Below, piece after piece: positions 37,248-47,036 of a stretch of 64,000 bases of DNA; position 1 is the stretch's first letter, and the number at the start of each line of letters is the position of its first letter. The notes under the pieces were generated by a model. It was not told where the DNA came from, did no database searches, and saw nothing but the letters and a program-made list of their open reading frames with translations. A program made the translations under genes and the position numbers. The DNA is from Candidatus Hatepunaea meridiana. Lineage in GTDB: Bacteria; Electryoneota; AABM5-125-24; Hatepunaeales; Hatepunaeaceae. Location of the stretch: assembly GCA_030765125.1 (NCBI GenBank), contig JAVCDD010000015.1:2939-66938 (forward strand), read 5' to 3'.

Positions 37248-38540
37248 ATGGCTAAAATAGAAGGATTCAGAATTCAAAATTATCGTGTGTTGAAAGACGT
37301 GACACTCGGAAAACTTTGGAATATGCAACAAGCACAGCCACTAACGCCGTTGACAGCCGTTATTGGGAAAAACGGTGTCGGCAAGAGCTCTCTGTTTGAT
37401 GCATTCGGCTTCCTTGCTGATTGCTTGAAATTGGGTGTCGAAGAAGCTTGTGATACCAAAGGGCGGGGAGGGTTTGATCGTATTCGCTCTCAAGGGAGTG
37501 ATGATCCGATTGAGTTCCAGATATATTACAAGCAAGATGGAAATGCCCGACCGATCACCTATGAACTTGCCATTGACACAGATAAAACTGGTCGTCCTTA
37601 CGTAAAACAGGAACGTTTTCGTCAAAGACGTAAAGGACAAAATCGTGGCTGGCCCTTCTCGTTTCTTATGTTAATCGAAGGCAAAGGAGCCGTGTGGAAA
37701 GGCGAGGAATTGGGACTACAGAGTGACGAAGGTAAGAGTCCTCTCAACTTTATACAGTTGATGGAGATAATTAATGCAGAATCACCAAAAGAGGAGAGCC
37801 ACGAAACGGAGGTTATTGAACTGCAAGACAAGCGTAAGCTTGGTATTGCAACCCTTGGTGCGCTGAAGCAACATCCTCGAATATCGGCTTTTAGACAGTT
37901 CATCGAAGGATGGTATTTGAGTTACTTCACTCCAGACGCAGCCCGCAGCCTGCCCTTGGCGGGTCCACAAAGGCACTTGAGTATCCACGGTGACAATCTT
38001 GGCAATGTTGTCCAGTTCATGCAGCGTGAACATCCTAAACGTTTTGCGAGTATCCTCAATCGCATTGCTGAAAAAATCCCTGGAATTGACAAGATTGATA
38101 CTAATCAAAGTCAGGATAAACGATTACTTCTCCGTTTTAACGACAAAGGTTTTAATGACCCTTTTTACGCTCAACAAATGTCTGATGGCACACTAAAAGT
38201 CTTTGCCTATCTGCTTTTATTGGAAGATCCAACACCGCCACCTTTCATCTGTATTGAGGAGCCTGAAAACGGTCTTTATCACAAACTCCTTGAAACTCTT
38301 GCAACTGAATTCCGTACACATGCAACCGGAAGGAAAAACGCACCACAACTCTTTATCACAACTCATCAACCATATTTTGTCGATGCACTCGCACCGGAAG
38401 AGACATGGTTACTTGAAAAAGGTTCGGATGGTTTTTCGACTATCCGCAGAGCAAGTGATGATGAAACCGTCAACGCAATGGTGGAGGAGGGATTACCTCT
38501 TGGGAGTCTCTGGTACAGCGATTACCTTGATGCAAGGTGA
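37248..38540 (+). CDS. ABC-type AAA ATPase (AAA_21/AAA_15-like; OLD/AbiLi/RloA-like ATPase component)
   Basis: 430 aa with Walker A VIGKNGVGKSSLFDA, ABC signature-like QMSDGTLKVFAYLLLL, Walker B PFICIEEPENGLY and H-loop FITTHQPYF. The stop overlaps the start of the next gene (ATGcaaggTGA). Confidence 0.7.
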   Translation: MAKIEGFRIQNYRVLKDVTLGKLWNMQQAQPLTPLTAVIGKNGVGKSSLFDAFGFLADCLKLGVEEACDTKGRGGFDRIRSQGSDDPIEFQIYYKQDGNARPITYELAIDTDKTGRPYVKQERFRQRRKGQNRGWPFSFLMLIEGKGAVWKGEELGLQSDEGKSPLNFIQLMEIINAESPKEESHETEVIELQDKRKLGIATLGALKQHPRISAFRQFIEGWYLSYFTPDAARSLPLAGPQRHLSIHGDNLGNVVQFMQREHPKRFASILNRIAEKIPGIDKIDTNQSQDKRLLLRFNDKGFNDPFYAQQMSDGTLKVFAYLLLLEDPTPPPFICIEEPENGLYHKLLETLATEFRTHATGRKNAPQLFITTHQPYFVDALAPEETWLLEKGSDGFSTIRRASDDETVNAMVEEGLPLGSLWYSDYLDAR

Positions 38541-39198
38541 ACCAGTGCACTTTGAAATACTTGTTGAAGATAAGTCAGGGAAAATCGCATTGGAATCTTT
38601 TTTGGGAAAAATACTTAGCCCAAACGGGCAAGATCACACCTATAAAGTAATTTCCTACAAAGGAATTGGACGCATTCCAAGAAATCTAAGAGGAACAACA
38701 GATCCGCAGAAGCGGATTCTTCTGGATCAATTGCCCAGGTTACTCAGAGGATATGGGAAAAGTTTCCGAGAATATCATCATGCAGTTGTGGTGGTCGTTG
38801 ACCTTGATAATAAGAATTGTCTAAACTTCAAACAAGAACTCCTCAATGTGTTATATGCCTGCAATCCAAAGCCAAAAACACTGTTCAGAATTGCGATAGA
38901 GGAAGGCGAAGCATGGTTATTGGGAGATCGTAACGCCGTAAAAACTGCCTACCCACATGCAAAAGTGCGGGTATTAGACGCTTATGTACAAGACAGCATT
39001 TGTGGTACGTGGGAAAAGCTTGCAGATGCAATCTATCTGGGTGGATCACAAAAACTTAAACAAATGGGATACCCCCTTACGGGACAGGCTAAGTGCGAAT
39101 GGGCGAAAACAATAGCTCCCCACTTAGATGTGGAGAATAATCAGTCGAAAAGTTTCCAAGTTTTTCGTGATGGAATCAGAAATCTGGCGGGATCGTGA
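38530..39198 (+). CDS. small TOPRIM-like protein (DUF4276/RloB-like), partner of the upstream ATPase
   Basis: 222 aa from the ATG at 38530; the track ORF 38203.. carries a spurious N-terminal extension inside the ATPase gene. Conserved Glu in strand 1 (HFEILVEDKSG) and DxD motif (AVVVVVDLDNKN), consistent with a TOPRIM nuclease fold. Confidence 0.55.
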   Translation: MQGEPVHFEILVEDKSGKIALESFLGKILSPNGQDHTYKVISYKGIGRIPRNLRGTTDPQKRILLDQLPRLLRGYGKSFREYHHAVVVVVDLDNKNCLNFKQELLNVLYACNPKPKTLFRIAIEEGEAWLLGDRNAVKTAYPHAKVRVLDAYVQDSICGTWEKLADAIYLGGSQKLKQMGYPLTGQAKCEWAKTIAPHLDVENNQSKSFQVFRDGIRNLAGS

Positions 39199-39234
39199 CC
39201 TGATGAATGATTATGTTGAAAAGTCAATTATTAT

Positions 39235-40131
39235 ATGAACACACCCATCCCTTACCTCGGTGAATCCCTTGCCTTACTAACAGCATTTATCTGGGCGTCT
39301 GCAGTTATTCTGTTCAAGAAGAGCGGTGAATCGGTTCACCCTATAGCGCTCAACCTCTTTAAGACCGTGATGGCTACTGTTTTAATCATCCCTACGATGT
39401 GGCTGTTTGGTGAGACCTTCTTTCGTCCGGTTTCAACGAGTGATTATATTCTTTTACTATTAAGCGGCGTCATCGGCATCGGTTTATCGGATACGATGTT
39501 CTTTAAGAGTCTTAACTTACTCGGCGCTGGATTGTCAGCGATTGTCGACTGCCTATATAGTCCGTTTATTATTGGGCTGTCGGTATTATGGATCGGTGAG
39601 CGGCTAAATGGCTGGCAGGTTTTAGGCGTAGTGATGATTGTAGCTGCTGTACTTACTGCGACAAGTAAGGAAAAGCAGAACCGTATCAGCTCACGTAACC
39701 TAATATGGGGGATAATATGGGGCGTGGCAGCGATGGCGTCTATGGCGGTGGGAATTGTGATGATTAAACCAATGTTAGAACACTCTCCGGTGCTGTGGGC
39801 GACTGAAGTGCGGTTGATTGGCGGTGGTATTACACTGATCCTGATCTTATTGTTTTATCCATCACGCCGGGCGGTTATTAACTCTCTATTAAAATCACAC
39901 AATTGGAAATATACAATCTCTGGTTCGTTTCTGGGAGCATACCTGGCAATGATAGTCTGGTTGGCAGGAATGAAGTTCGCTCAAGCTTCAATAGCATCAG
40001 CGCTAAATCAAACTTCCAATGTTCTCGTTTTTATTTTTGCTGCTATCTTGTTGAAAGAACCCGTTAATACCCGTAAGATTATTGGGATTGGACTGGGGGT
40101 TGGGGGAGCCTTTCTGGTAACTTTTGGATGA
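39235..40131 (+). CDS. DMT-family (EamA-like) transporter
   Basis: 298 aa, ~10 TM segments, two EamA-like halves. Confidence 0.7.
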   Translation: MNTPIPYLGESLALLTAFIWASAVILFKKSGESVHPIALNLFKTVMATVLIIPTMWLFGETFFRPVSTSDYILLLLSGVIGIGLSDTMFFKSLNLLGAGLSAIVDCLYSPFIIGLSVLWIGERLNGWQVLGVVMIVAAVLTATSKEKQNRISSRNLIWGIIWGVAAMASMAVGIVMIKPMLEHSPVLWATEVRLIGGGITLILILLFYPSRRAVINSLLKSHNWKYTISGSFLGAYLAMIVWLAGMKFAQASIASALNQTSNVLVFIFAAILLKEPVNTRKIIGIGLGVGGAFLVTFG

Positions 40132-40148
40132 TGAAAAGTGACAAGGAC

Positions 40149-40240
40149 GAAAAATAGTAGAAGCGACACTCTTGTCGCTTTGGCAATGTCTCTGAAACTC
40201 GAAAGCCCAAGCGACAAGAGTGTCGCTTCTACTATTTTTC
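40149..40240. mobile_element. MITE-C second copy
   Basis: TIR gaaaaatagtagaagcgacactcttgtcgctt ... aagcgacaagagtgtcgcttctactatttttc, followed by the (CAACATYA)n tract at 40278..40314. Confidence 0.55.
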
Positions 40241-40318
40241 AAGGGGTGGCACAGGCAATAAATAGCCTGCGCCACCCAATCACAACATCTCAACATCACA
40301 ACATTACAACATCAAGAA

Positions 40319-41503
40319 TCAAAACTGCCCACTATGCCAGATCAACTGCTTCTTAACCCTTTCGAAAGTATGCGTCGTGTGGTCAGCGGGGATATCTGCG
40401 CTTTCAGAGTTCGGGATGCCGTCGTAATATAGGCTGACATCCGGTGACATACTTGCTGCGGCAAGCGCACCGGCAAAAACCTGATGTGCTCCATATAACC
40501 CGAGATCATCGTCTAACCCGGCGTCCAGGTATACTTTAACTCCAACCAGAGACGTTAATTGTCCACCAGAGAAACGACTCACTATATCGCGTGCCATCCA
40601 ACGGTTCCAGACCGGCATATATAACGTGCCATCTATATTAATCGGCAGGTCAACCCCTACTGCAGCAATAGAAGTCGGCACAGGCGCCGCAGGATTTGTC
40701 GGGCTGAATGCGGCTGCCATAGCAAACGCCATCGAAGTCAGACGCCTATCAGGAGCAGGATAAAACATTGCACGGAAAGCAGCAGTATCACCAACGCCCG
40801 GATTTGCTTCAAGGACGGAATCATAGTTGGTTTCTGCCAAAATTGACGGCAGCAGTGCCTCTATGCCCTTGTAGGTTTCATCATTGTGAGGCGGCATTGT
40901 CTTGGTTCCCCAGAAGGCAATCGGAGCAGCGATAACAGAAATACTGCCGAAAACACCTGTTGAGTCCAGTGGAACACTAAGCGCTCCGTATCCACCCATC
41001 GAATGACCACCAATACCACGGCTTGCCGGGTCTTCGATAGTGTTGTAGTTAAGGTCTACATCGGAAACGATGGTCAGGATATGATTCGCACTCTGACCGA
41101 CATAGGGATGAGGACTGTTGGTATAAAACGACCCACCAAAGTTGTTATGTCCTGATGGGAAAACCAGGATCATAGGTTCTATGTCGCCGCGCGAGAGCAG
41201 CCAGTCGGCAGCGTCAACGGCGCTGAAAAGCGCAACAAAGTAGTTCTCATCGGCACCGAAGCCATTGAGTAAATACAGCGTCGGATAACCCTGGGCGCGA
41301 TTCACATCGTAACCGGGTGGTGTATAGACATAGTAGCAGCTCGAAGTCGTATCACCGATAGTCGCCATAAATGGGTCTACAACAGGTGTAATGGAACCTT
41401 TTGTAACCGTTGGCGCCGTCGGAGCAATCTCTTCGGAAGCGCAACCGATGAACAGACCGACGATTAATCCGACGGTCAGGATGTATAGTAGAATTTTGTG
41501 CAT
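40319..41503 (-). CDS. alpha/beta-hydrolase esterase lipoprotein (putative esterase family)
   Basis: 394 aa with lipoprotein signal LIVGLFIGCAS and nucleophile elbow GGHSMGGYGA. Confidence 0.65.
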   Translation of the reverse strand: MHKILLYILTVGLIVGLFIGCASEEIAPTAPTVTKGSITPVVDPFMATIGDTTSSCYYVYTPPGYDVNRAQGYPTLYLLNGFGADENYFVALFSAVDAADWLLSRGDIEPMILVFPSGHNNFGGSFYTNSPHPYVGQSANHILTIVSDVDLNYNTIEDPASRGIGGHSMGGYGALSVPLDSTGVFGSISVIAAPIAFWGTKTMPPHNDETYKGIEALLPSILAETNYDSVLEANPGVGDTAAFRAMFYPAPDRRLTSMAFAMAAAFSPTNPAAPVPTSIAAVGVDLPINIDGTLYMPVWNRWMARDIVSRFSGGQLTSLVGVKVYLDAGLDDDLGLYGAHQVFAGALAAASMSPDVSLYYDGIPNSESADIPADHTTHTFERVKKQLIWHSGQF

Positions 41504-41514
41504 AATTGATTCCT

Positions 41515-42939
41515 TTAAAACTGATAACCGATTGACAACCCAAACGTATCCACTTGTAGCTTCCAGTCACCGGCTATGTTGTCCATCTCGCCGTCTTCAT
41601 TGTAGAGAGCGACAATTGAGCGCGTATTGGTGAAGAGATGCTCCCAGTAACCTTCGAGGCTGACGTTCTTCCATGGTTCACATTTGAAGCCCAAACTGAC
41701 GTTATGCTTGTCGGCTACGTCAGTGATAGTCGGGCGGAGGCTGCCGGCTGGAATCGGTGTCGGATCGAAGTAATAGCCTAATCTGACGTGTAGATCCTTC
41801 TCTTCGGTGATAAGATAATCCGCGCCGATGTTGAACCTGTAAGTATCCTCGTAATTCATCAGCAACTTGTTGTCTTCAGCAGGTTCTTTGATGCCGTCAC
41901 CATCCGTATCAACGGGACCTTCACCGCTCATTTTGATCTCAATCTCGTCAATCGATCCCCAATTTGTCCAGACTATATCAAAAGCGACAGTCAGCTTGGG
42001 GTTAGGGAATAACGCTACGCCAAACCCGGCGTCCATCGGAATCGGGAAGTCAGCGCTGCCATCCGGTTCAGCTTCGCTGACGCCGCCGTTGAACAGGTGT
42101 GCAACTTCAGGCATGGCAGCTTGCAATCCCAGGCTGTAAGGATGTATCAGCTTCTGCTTGACTGTTCCCTCGATTGCAATATCTACGGGACCACGGTAAG
42201 AAGCACCGAATTTGATTGTCTCGCTGATCTTGTATAGAACGCCGAGGTTGAAACCAAATCCCAACCCTGTTCCTTCAAGGACTGCATCAACGTAGAAATG
42301 CTCAAACGGAAACGGCGCTCCGGATGGAACCATTTTCGGGCTTTCCAGGCAGATGTCACCATATTGGATTGCCAGCCCAAGTCCGACGTCAAGTTTTTCA
42401 TTGACTGAGTATGCAATCGTCGGGTGAAAGTCAATCACCTTAAGATCACTGTTCCAACCCTTCTCCGGATAAGGTTCGGTATTATTATATCCGTAGGGTG
42501 GACCCGTGAAAAGGTTTTGCCAGTCTGCACCAAGAGCTGATGGAGCAAACACGCTGAAACCAACTGTCAGGTTCTTCGGTAGTTGGTAAGTTAAACCAAA
42601 CCCACCGGCAAGAAAACCTGTTTCCTTGGTGGTCTGCTCGATACCGTTATGGTAACCTTCGTATCCCGGATAGTGAGACGGCACATCAGGTGTCAACCAG
42701 ACTATCGGGTAGAGCATTTTGCTGCCGATGGTGAAAGCATTGGCTTGCCCAGCCAGACCGGCGGGGTTCCAATACATAGCGCTCCAGTCATCCGACACGG
42801 CGCGAAAAGCTCCCGACATAGCCAGTGCTTTAGACCCAACGCCGGCAAGGTTATATCCTCCGGCATAAGCGCCTGTGCATAGAACGCTGATAATAAGCAG
42901 CGTCGAAAGCAGGCACAGTAACGGTTTTGTGTTAATCAA
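41515..42939 (-). CDS. FadL-family outer-membrane hydrophobic-compound channel
   Basis: 474 aa with signal peptide, N-terminal GSKALAMSGAFRAVSDDWSAMYWNPAGLA and C-terminal aromatic residue (...SIGYQF). Immediately upstream of the esterase, as a probable operon. Confidence 0.65.
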   Translation of the reverse strand: MINTKPLLCLLSTLLIISVLCTGAYAGGYNLAGVGSKALAMSGAFRAVSDDWSAMYWNPAGLAGQANAFTIGSKMLYPIVWLTPDVPSHYPGYEGYHNGIEQTTKETGFLAGGFGLTYQLPKNLTVGFSVFAPSALGADWQNLFTGPPYGYNNTEPYPEKGWNSDLKVIDFHPTIAYSVNEKLDVGLGLAIQYGDICLESPKMVPSGAPFPFEHFYVDAVLEGTGLGFGFNLGVLYKISETIKFGASYRGPVDIAIEGTVKQKLIHPYSLGLQAAMPEVAHLFNGGVSEAEPDGSADFPIPMDAGFGVALFPNPKLTVAFDIVWTNWGSIDEIEIKMSGEGPVDTDGDGIKEPAEDNKLLMNYEDTYRFNIGADYLITEEKDLHVRLGYYFDPTPIPAGSLRPTITDVADKHNVSLGFKCEPWKNVSLEGYWEHLFTNTRSIVALYNEDGEMDNIAGDWKLQVDTFGLSIGYQF

Positions 42940-43224
42940 TGGACTCCTCCATTTATAAAAATAGATTTTATAATTTCGAGATGTTGCGATGTTGTGATTT
43001 ATTTTTTTCTTTCACGTTTTGTATTTGATTAAGTAAGGTAGGTAATCAGGTTCCTATTAGTATAGTGATTAATTGACGGGAATTCAAGTATATTTTAAAA
43101 TCAAGCGTCTAACAGAGAAATATATTAACTATTATGCATCAGTTATTGCTAATATTACGTAATCACTATATATTACATAAATGGAGAAAACACTGACACT
43201 TACTAAATCGGAGTACAAACCCGC

Positions 43225-44349
43225 TTGACAATAGGCGATTTAATCTACTGGTTAACCGTCTCAACCGGCATTATATGGGCAATTGTAACGATAGCTCTAT
43301 CTATCGGTTTAAGGTTGCTTAAAACTGTTAAGGACATTGCCAAGCCTACAGTGTCCGTTCTGATAGCAGCACGCAATGAAGAGGACAACATAGGCAACTG
43401 CCTGGAAGCGTTATCAAAACAGGACTATCCGGTTCACATGCGCGTTATTTTGGTTATTGATGACAACTCGACCGACGACACCTGGAAAATAGCTAACGGA
43501 TTCATCGGAAATATTCCAGGATTAAAGGTCATCAAGGCAGGTAAACCAGCGGGAAATATTGCGCCTAAGAAAAATGCTCTGATAACCGGCATCGACGCAA
43601 CAGCCGGAGACGTCATAATCACAACCGATGCGGATTGCACGCCTCCAACGGGCTGGATTTCCAGCATAGCCGGTCTATTTGAACCGGACGTGCAGGCTGT
43701 AGTCGGTTTTTCACCACTGAAAGGACACGGGATAGCCGGTGCGATCTCCCGCTTTGACAGTCTTGTAAACGCCGTGATCTCTGCCGGCGCGTTAGGTCTC
43801 GGAAAAGCAGCCAGCGCCGTCGGACGCAACTTCGCATATCGTCGCAGCGCCTATGACGACGCCGGAGGATTCGGTTCCAGCGCCATCGGAGCTTCCGGTG
43901 ATGACGATCTTCTGTTACAGCGAATCGCCTCAAAGGGTGGAAAGATAATCTTCGCAACCGATCCCAACAGCTTCGTTCCCGCCAGGGGCAAAGATACCAT
44001 CGTCGACTGGTTACGAATGAAACGACGCCATTTCTCGGCGGGAAAACGATACTCAACTGATCTAATCATTTTAGGAACTTTACTTTACCTCTTCAATCCA
44101 GTGCTGATTGCTTCAACTATTCTTTCAATAGTCGGTATTCTTGACCCTGTTGTAATCGCCGCTATCTGGGGCGCAAAATTATCCGTTGATGGTCTGGCGC
44201 TTTCACGAGGAGCGAGGCTCTTTCACACACAGAGCTGGATTATTCCCTGGATATTCGCTGAATTGATCTCACCGTTTCTTCTCACAGTATTAATTCCCGC
44301 ATCTCAAATAGGGAAAATTCGATGGAAGGGTAGAAAATTGAAAAAGTAA
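43225..44349 (+). CDS. family 2 glycosyltransferase (membrane-anchored)
   Basis: 374 aa (TTG start in track) with N-terminal TM helix, then GT2 motifs VSVLIAARNEEDNIGNCLEAL, VILVIDDNSTDDT and TDADC. Confidence 0.7.
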   Translation: MTIGDLIYWLTVSTGIIWAIVTIALSIGLRLLKTVKDIAKPTVSVLIAARNEEDNIGNCLEALSKQDYPVHMRVILVIDDNSTDDTWKIANGFIGNIPGLKVIKAGKPAGNIAPKKNALITGIDATAGDVIITTDADCTPPTGWISSIAGLFEPDVQAVVGFSPLKGHGIAGAISRFDSLVNAVISAGALGLGKAASAVGRNFAYRRSAYDDAGGFGSSAIGASGDDDLLLQRIASKGGKIIFATDPNSFVPARGKDTIVDWLRMKRRHFSAGKRYSTDLIILGTLLYLFNPVLIASTILSIVGILDPVVIAAIWGAKLSVDGLALSRGARLFHTQSWIIPWIFAELISPFLLTVLIPASQIGKIRWKGRKLKK

Positions 44350-44477
44350 GGGGAAATAAGGGGACAATATACCTGTTTTATAAATATTCTTTAAAATAAC
44401 GATAGTCCATAGAAAAGTAGGTATACTGTCCCCTTATTTCCTCATTCGATGTTTAAACTACTTTACGGGAACACCAT

Positions 44478-45731
44478 ATGGATCGTCCAATCGAAAAGAA
44501 ATTCTGGACAGCGAAGCGCATCGTTGGGATTACTCTCGTCTGTCTAATTATATTTGCGATTTTTTATATGCTGCTGTTCAGAGACAGCAGCTCACGTTTG
44601 AATGTCTCTGCCGAACGGTTGACCATCTCTGAAGTGGAACGCGGTGCATTTCAGGAATGGATTCCCATCAACGGTATCGTCGTACCGGTGAAATCCGTCT
44701 ATATAGACGCCATCGAAGGTGGTCGGGCAGAAGAGGTATTTGCAGAAGAAGGCAGTATGGTTGAAAGCAATCAACCGATTCTTAAGCTCTCCAATACCAA
44801 TCTCCTGCTGGACATTATGTACCGCGAAGCAGAACTCTACCGGCAGATAAACGATCTCCGCAATACCCGCCTCGCAATGGAGAAACACCGTCTTGAGCTT
44901 CGAAGCGCTCTGCTTGACCTCGATTATCAGCTATCCAAAGGTGAAAGAGACCTTAAACGGGTTAAAGTGCTGCAAAAGACAAAAATGATCTCCGATGAAG
45001 AGTTCAAAGAAGCACAGGATGAATATGATTACCTGTTTGACCGTCGTGAACTGACCCTCGAAACACACCATCAGGATTCACTTTTTCGCCAAGTTCAGAT
45101 TGCGGCGCTGGAAGCGTCAGTTGAACGGATGCAGTCAAATCTTGAAATAGTAAGAGGAAAGCTCGATAATCTGCTCATTCGAGCGCCGATAGCCGGACAG
45201 TTAACGTCGCTGGACGCCGAAGTCGGGCAGTTAAAAGCGCCCGGAATGCGGATTGGACAGATCGATGTATTAGAGAGTTTCATTTTACGCTGCGGGATCG
45301 ATGAACATTATATCGCCAGGATCACCAAGGGATTGATCGGCGAATTTAACTTCGCCAACAACGCATACCGCCTGCAGGTGATTAAAATTTATCCGGAGGT
45401 ACAGGAAGGTCGTTTTGAAGTGGATATGGGATTTATGGATAATGAACCGGAGGGCATCCGTCGCGGGCAGACATTTCGCATCCACCTCGAGCTTAGCGCT
45501 CCTGTTGAGGTGGTAATGCTGCCACGAGGGGGCTTCTACCAGAGTACAGGTGGTCGCTGGATTTTCGTCCTGGATGAGACGGGAGAATATGCTCTTAGGC
45601 GACCGATCCGGCTTGGTAGGCAAAACACGCAAATGTATGAAGTGCTCGACGGTCTGGAACCTGGCGAGCGAGTATTAACCTCATCCTACGAAAACTTTGG
45701 GGATGCAGATAAACTTGTTTTAAAGAAATAG
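44478..45731 (+). CDS. HlyD/MacA-type periplasmic adaptor (membrane fusion protein)
   Basis: 417 aa with N-terminal TM anchor, long coiled-coil region, and beta-barrel/lipoyl-like C-terminal part. It precedes the ABC ATPase and FtsX-type permease genes. Confidence 0.75.
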   Translation: MDRPIEKKFWTAKRIVGITLVCLIIFAIFYMLLFRDSSSRLNVSAERLTISEVERGAFQEWIPINGIVVPVKSVYIDAIEGGRAEEVFAEEGSMVESNQPILKLSNTNLLLDIMYREAELYRQINDLRNTRLAMEKHRLELRSALLDLDYQLSKGERDLKRVKVLQKTKMISDEEFKEAQDEYDYLFDRRELTLETHHQDSLFRQVQIAALEASVERMQSNLEIVRGKLDNLLIRAPIAGQLTSLDAEVGQLKAPGMRIGQIDVLESFILRCGIDEHYIARITKGLIGEFNFANNAYRLQVIKIYPEVQEGRFEVDMGFMDNEPEGIRRGQTFRIHLELSAPVEVVMLPRGGFYQSTGGRWIFVLDETGEYALRRPIRLGRQNTQMYEVLDGLEPGERVLTSSYENFGDADKLVLKK

Positions 45732-45817
45732 GAACACGGATGACGCGGATTCAACGGATTATCGCAGATTTTTTTATCTGCGATAATCCGCAAAAATCCG
45801 CGTCATCCGCGTTCCAA
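45731..45817. repeat. 87-bp near-perfect palindrome between the adaptor and ABC ATPase genes
   Basis: ggaacacggatgacgcggattcaacggattatcgcagat ttttttatctgcgataatccgcaaaaatccgcgtcatccgcgttcc. Confidence 0.55.
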
Positions 45818-45833
45818 TAAACTGGACTAACTA

Positions 45834-46499
45834 ATGATACAAACCAAAAACTTACAAAAAATCTACCGTACTGAAGAGGTGGAAACAGTCGCGCTGGACG
45901 AAATCAACCTCGAAATCAAAGAGGGTGAGTTCGTAGCGATTATGGGTCCTTCCGGCTGTGGGAAATCCACGCTGATGAATGTCCTGGGGCTTCTGGATAA
46001 TCCCACTAATGGACAATACTATTTCCTCGATCAAGAGGTCGCGCACTACTCGGAACGGCAACTGGCAAATCTGCGCAAGTCGAACATAGGGTTTGTATTC
46101 CAGAGCTTCAACCTGATCGACGAACTGACCATTTATGAAAACGTCGAATTGCCGCTTCTCTACCAGGGAGTATCATCTTCCGAGCGAAAAACAATGGTTT
46201 CAGAAGTGCTTGAAAAGATGGAGATCGCCCATCGAAAGAAACATTTTCCACAGCAGCTTTCAGGTGGCGAGCAGCAGCGTGCTGCAGTTGCTCGTGCGGT
46301 GGTAGGCAAACCAAAACTCATCCTCGCTGACGAACCCACCGGCAACCTCGACTCCGCTCGTGGTGAGGATGTGATGAAACAACTCGCCATGCTTCACTCG
46401 GAAGGCGCTGCTATTGTGATGGTCACTCACTCTGCAGCGTATGCTGAGTATAGCCAGCGTATTGTGCATCTGTTTGATGGTCATATCGTGACATCTTGA
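45834..46499 (+). CDS. ABC transporter ATP-binding protein (MacB/LolD-type)
   Basis: 221 aa with Walker [10 protein letters not shown], signature LSGGEQQR, Walker B LILADEPT. Confidence 0.85.
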   Translation: MIQTKNLQKIYRTEEVETVALDEINLEIKEGEFVAIMGPSGCGKSTLMNVLGLLDNPTNGQYYFLDQEVAHYSERQLANLRKSNIGFVFQSFNLIDELTIYENVELPLLYQGVSSSERKTMVSEVLEKMEIAHRKKHFPQQLSGGEQQRAAVARAVVGKPKLILADEPTGNLDSARGEDVMKQLAMLHSEGAAIVMVTHSAAYAEYSQRIVHLFDGHIVTS

Positions 46500-46890
46500 C
46501 AGGTAGCGTAGGGCGGGATCTTATCCCGCCGAACTGCTTTTCTTGATAATGAAGATGTCCGGCAATACTTACTATTAATGATCCTGTTGAAATACTTCCC
46601 ATTTTGTCATTCCCGCGAAGGCGGGAATCCAGTTTAAAGAGTTTAAATACTTGAAAACTCTGGATTCCCGCCTTCGCGGGAATGACAAAGTGGGAAGCAA
46701 ATTCTGTAATAATTGACTTTTTCAACAGAATCATTAATCCGACCGTTTAATAGTTGACGTTGCGTTGCTGTCAGGTTACGCTTCGCTTGAAACCTGACGG
46801 GAACGTGTATATTATTAAGCGGTCTGGTTAATAATTTGAGTGATGTTAGACTTACGGCGGGTTAAGAACCCGCCCTACGTTTCAGGATTA
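46500..46890. repeat. composite nested palindromic region inside the efflux operon, containing a MITE-A copy at 46596..46697
   Basis: Outer inverted repeats cgtagggcgggatcttatcccgcc / ggcgggttaagaacccgccctacg; middle inverted repeats ttaatgatcctgttgaaa / tttttcaacagaatcattaa; inner MITE-A TIRs cttcccattttgtcattcccgcgaaggcgggaatccag. ORF 46423..46734 is spurious. Confidence 0.55.
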
Positions 46891-47036
46891 CCTTCAACAA
46901 GCAATTTATCAAGGTAAAACAGAGTTCAGAGTTCGGCATTTAGATTGTTTTTCCTTCTCGAACTAACGAAGTGAATTCTAAATCAAACACACTAAAGTGC
47001 GAACTCTGAACTCTATTTCTAAAGGAATATTAAATT

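Noticed and set aside
38203-38529. Upstream extension of the TOPRIM-like gene in the ORF track (starts at 38203)
   Set aside because: The extension lies inside the ATPase coding region in another frame. The ATG at 38530 overlaps the ATPase stop (ATGcaaggTGA), typical of translational coupling.
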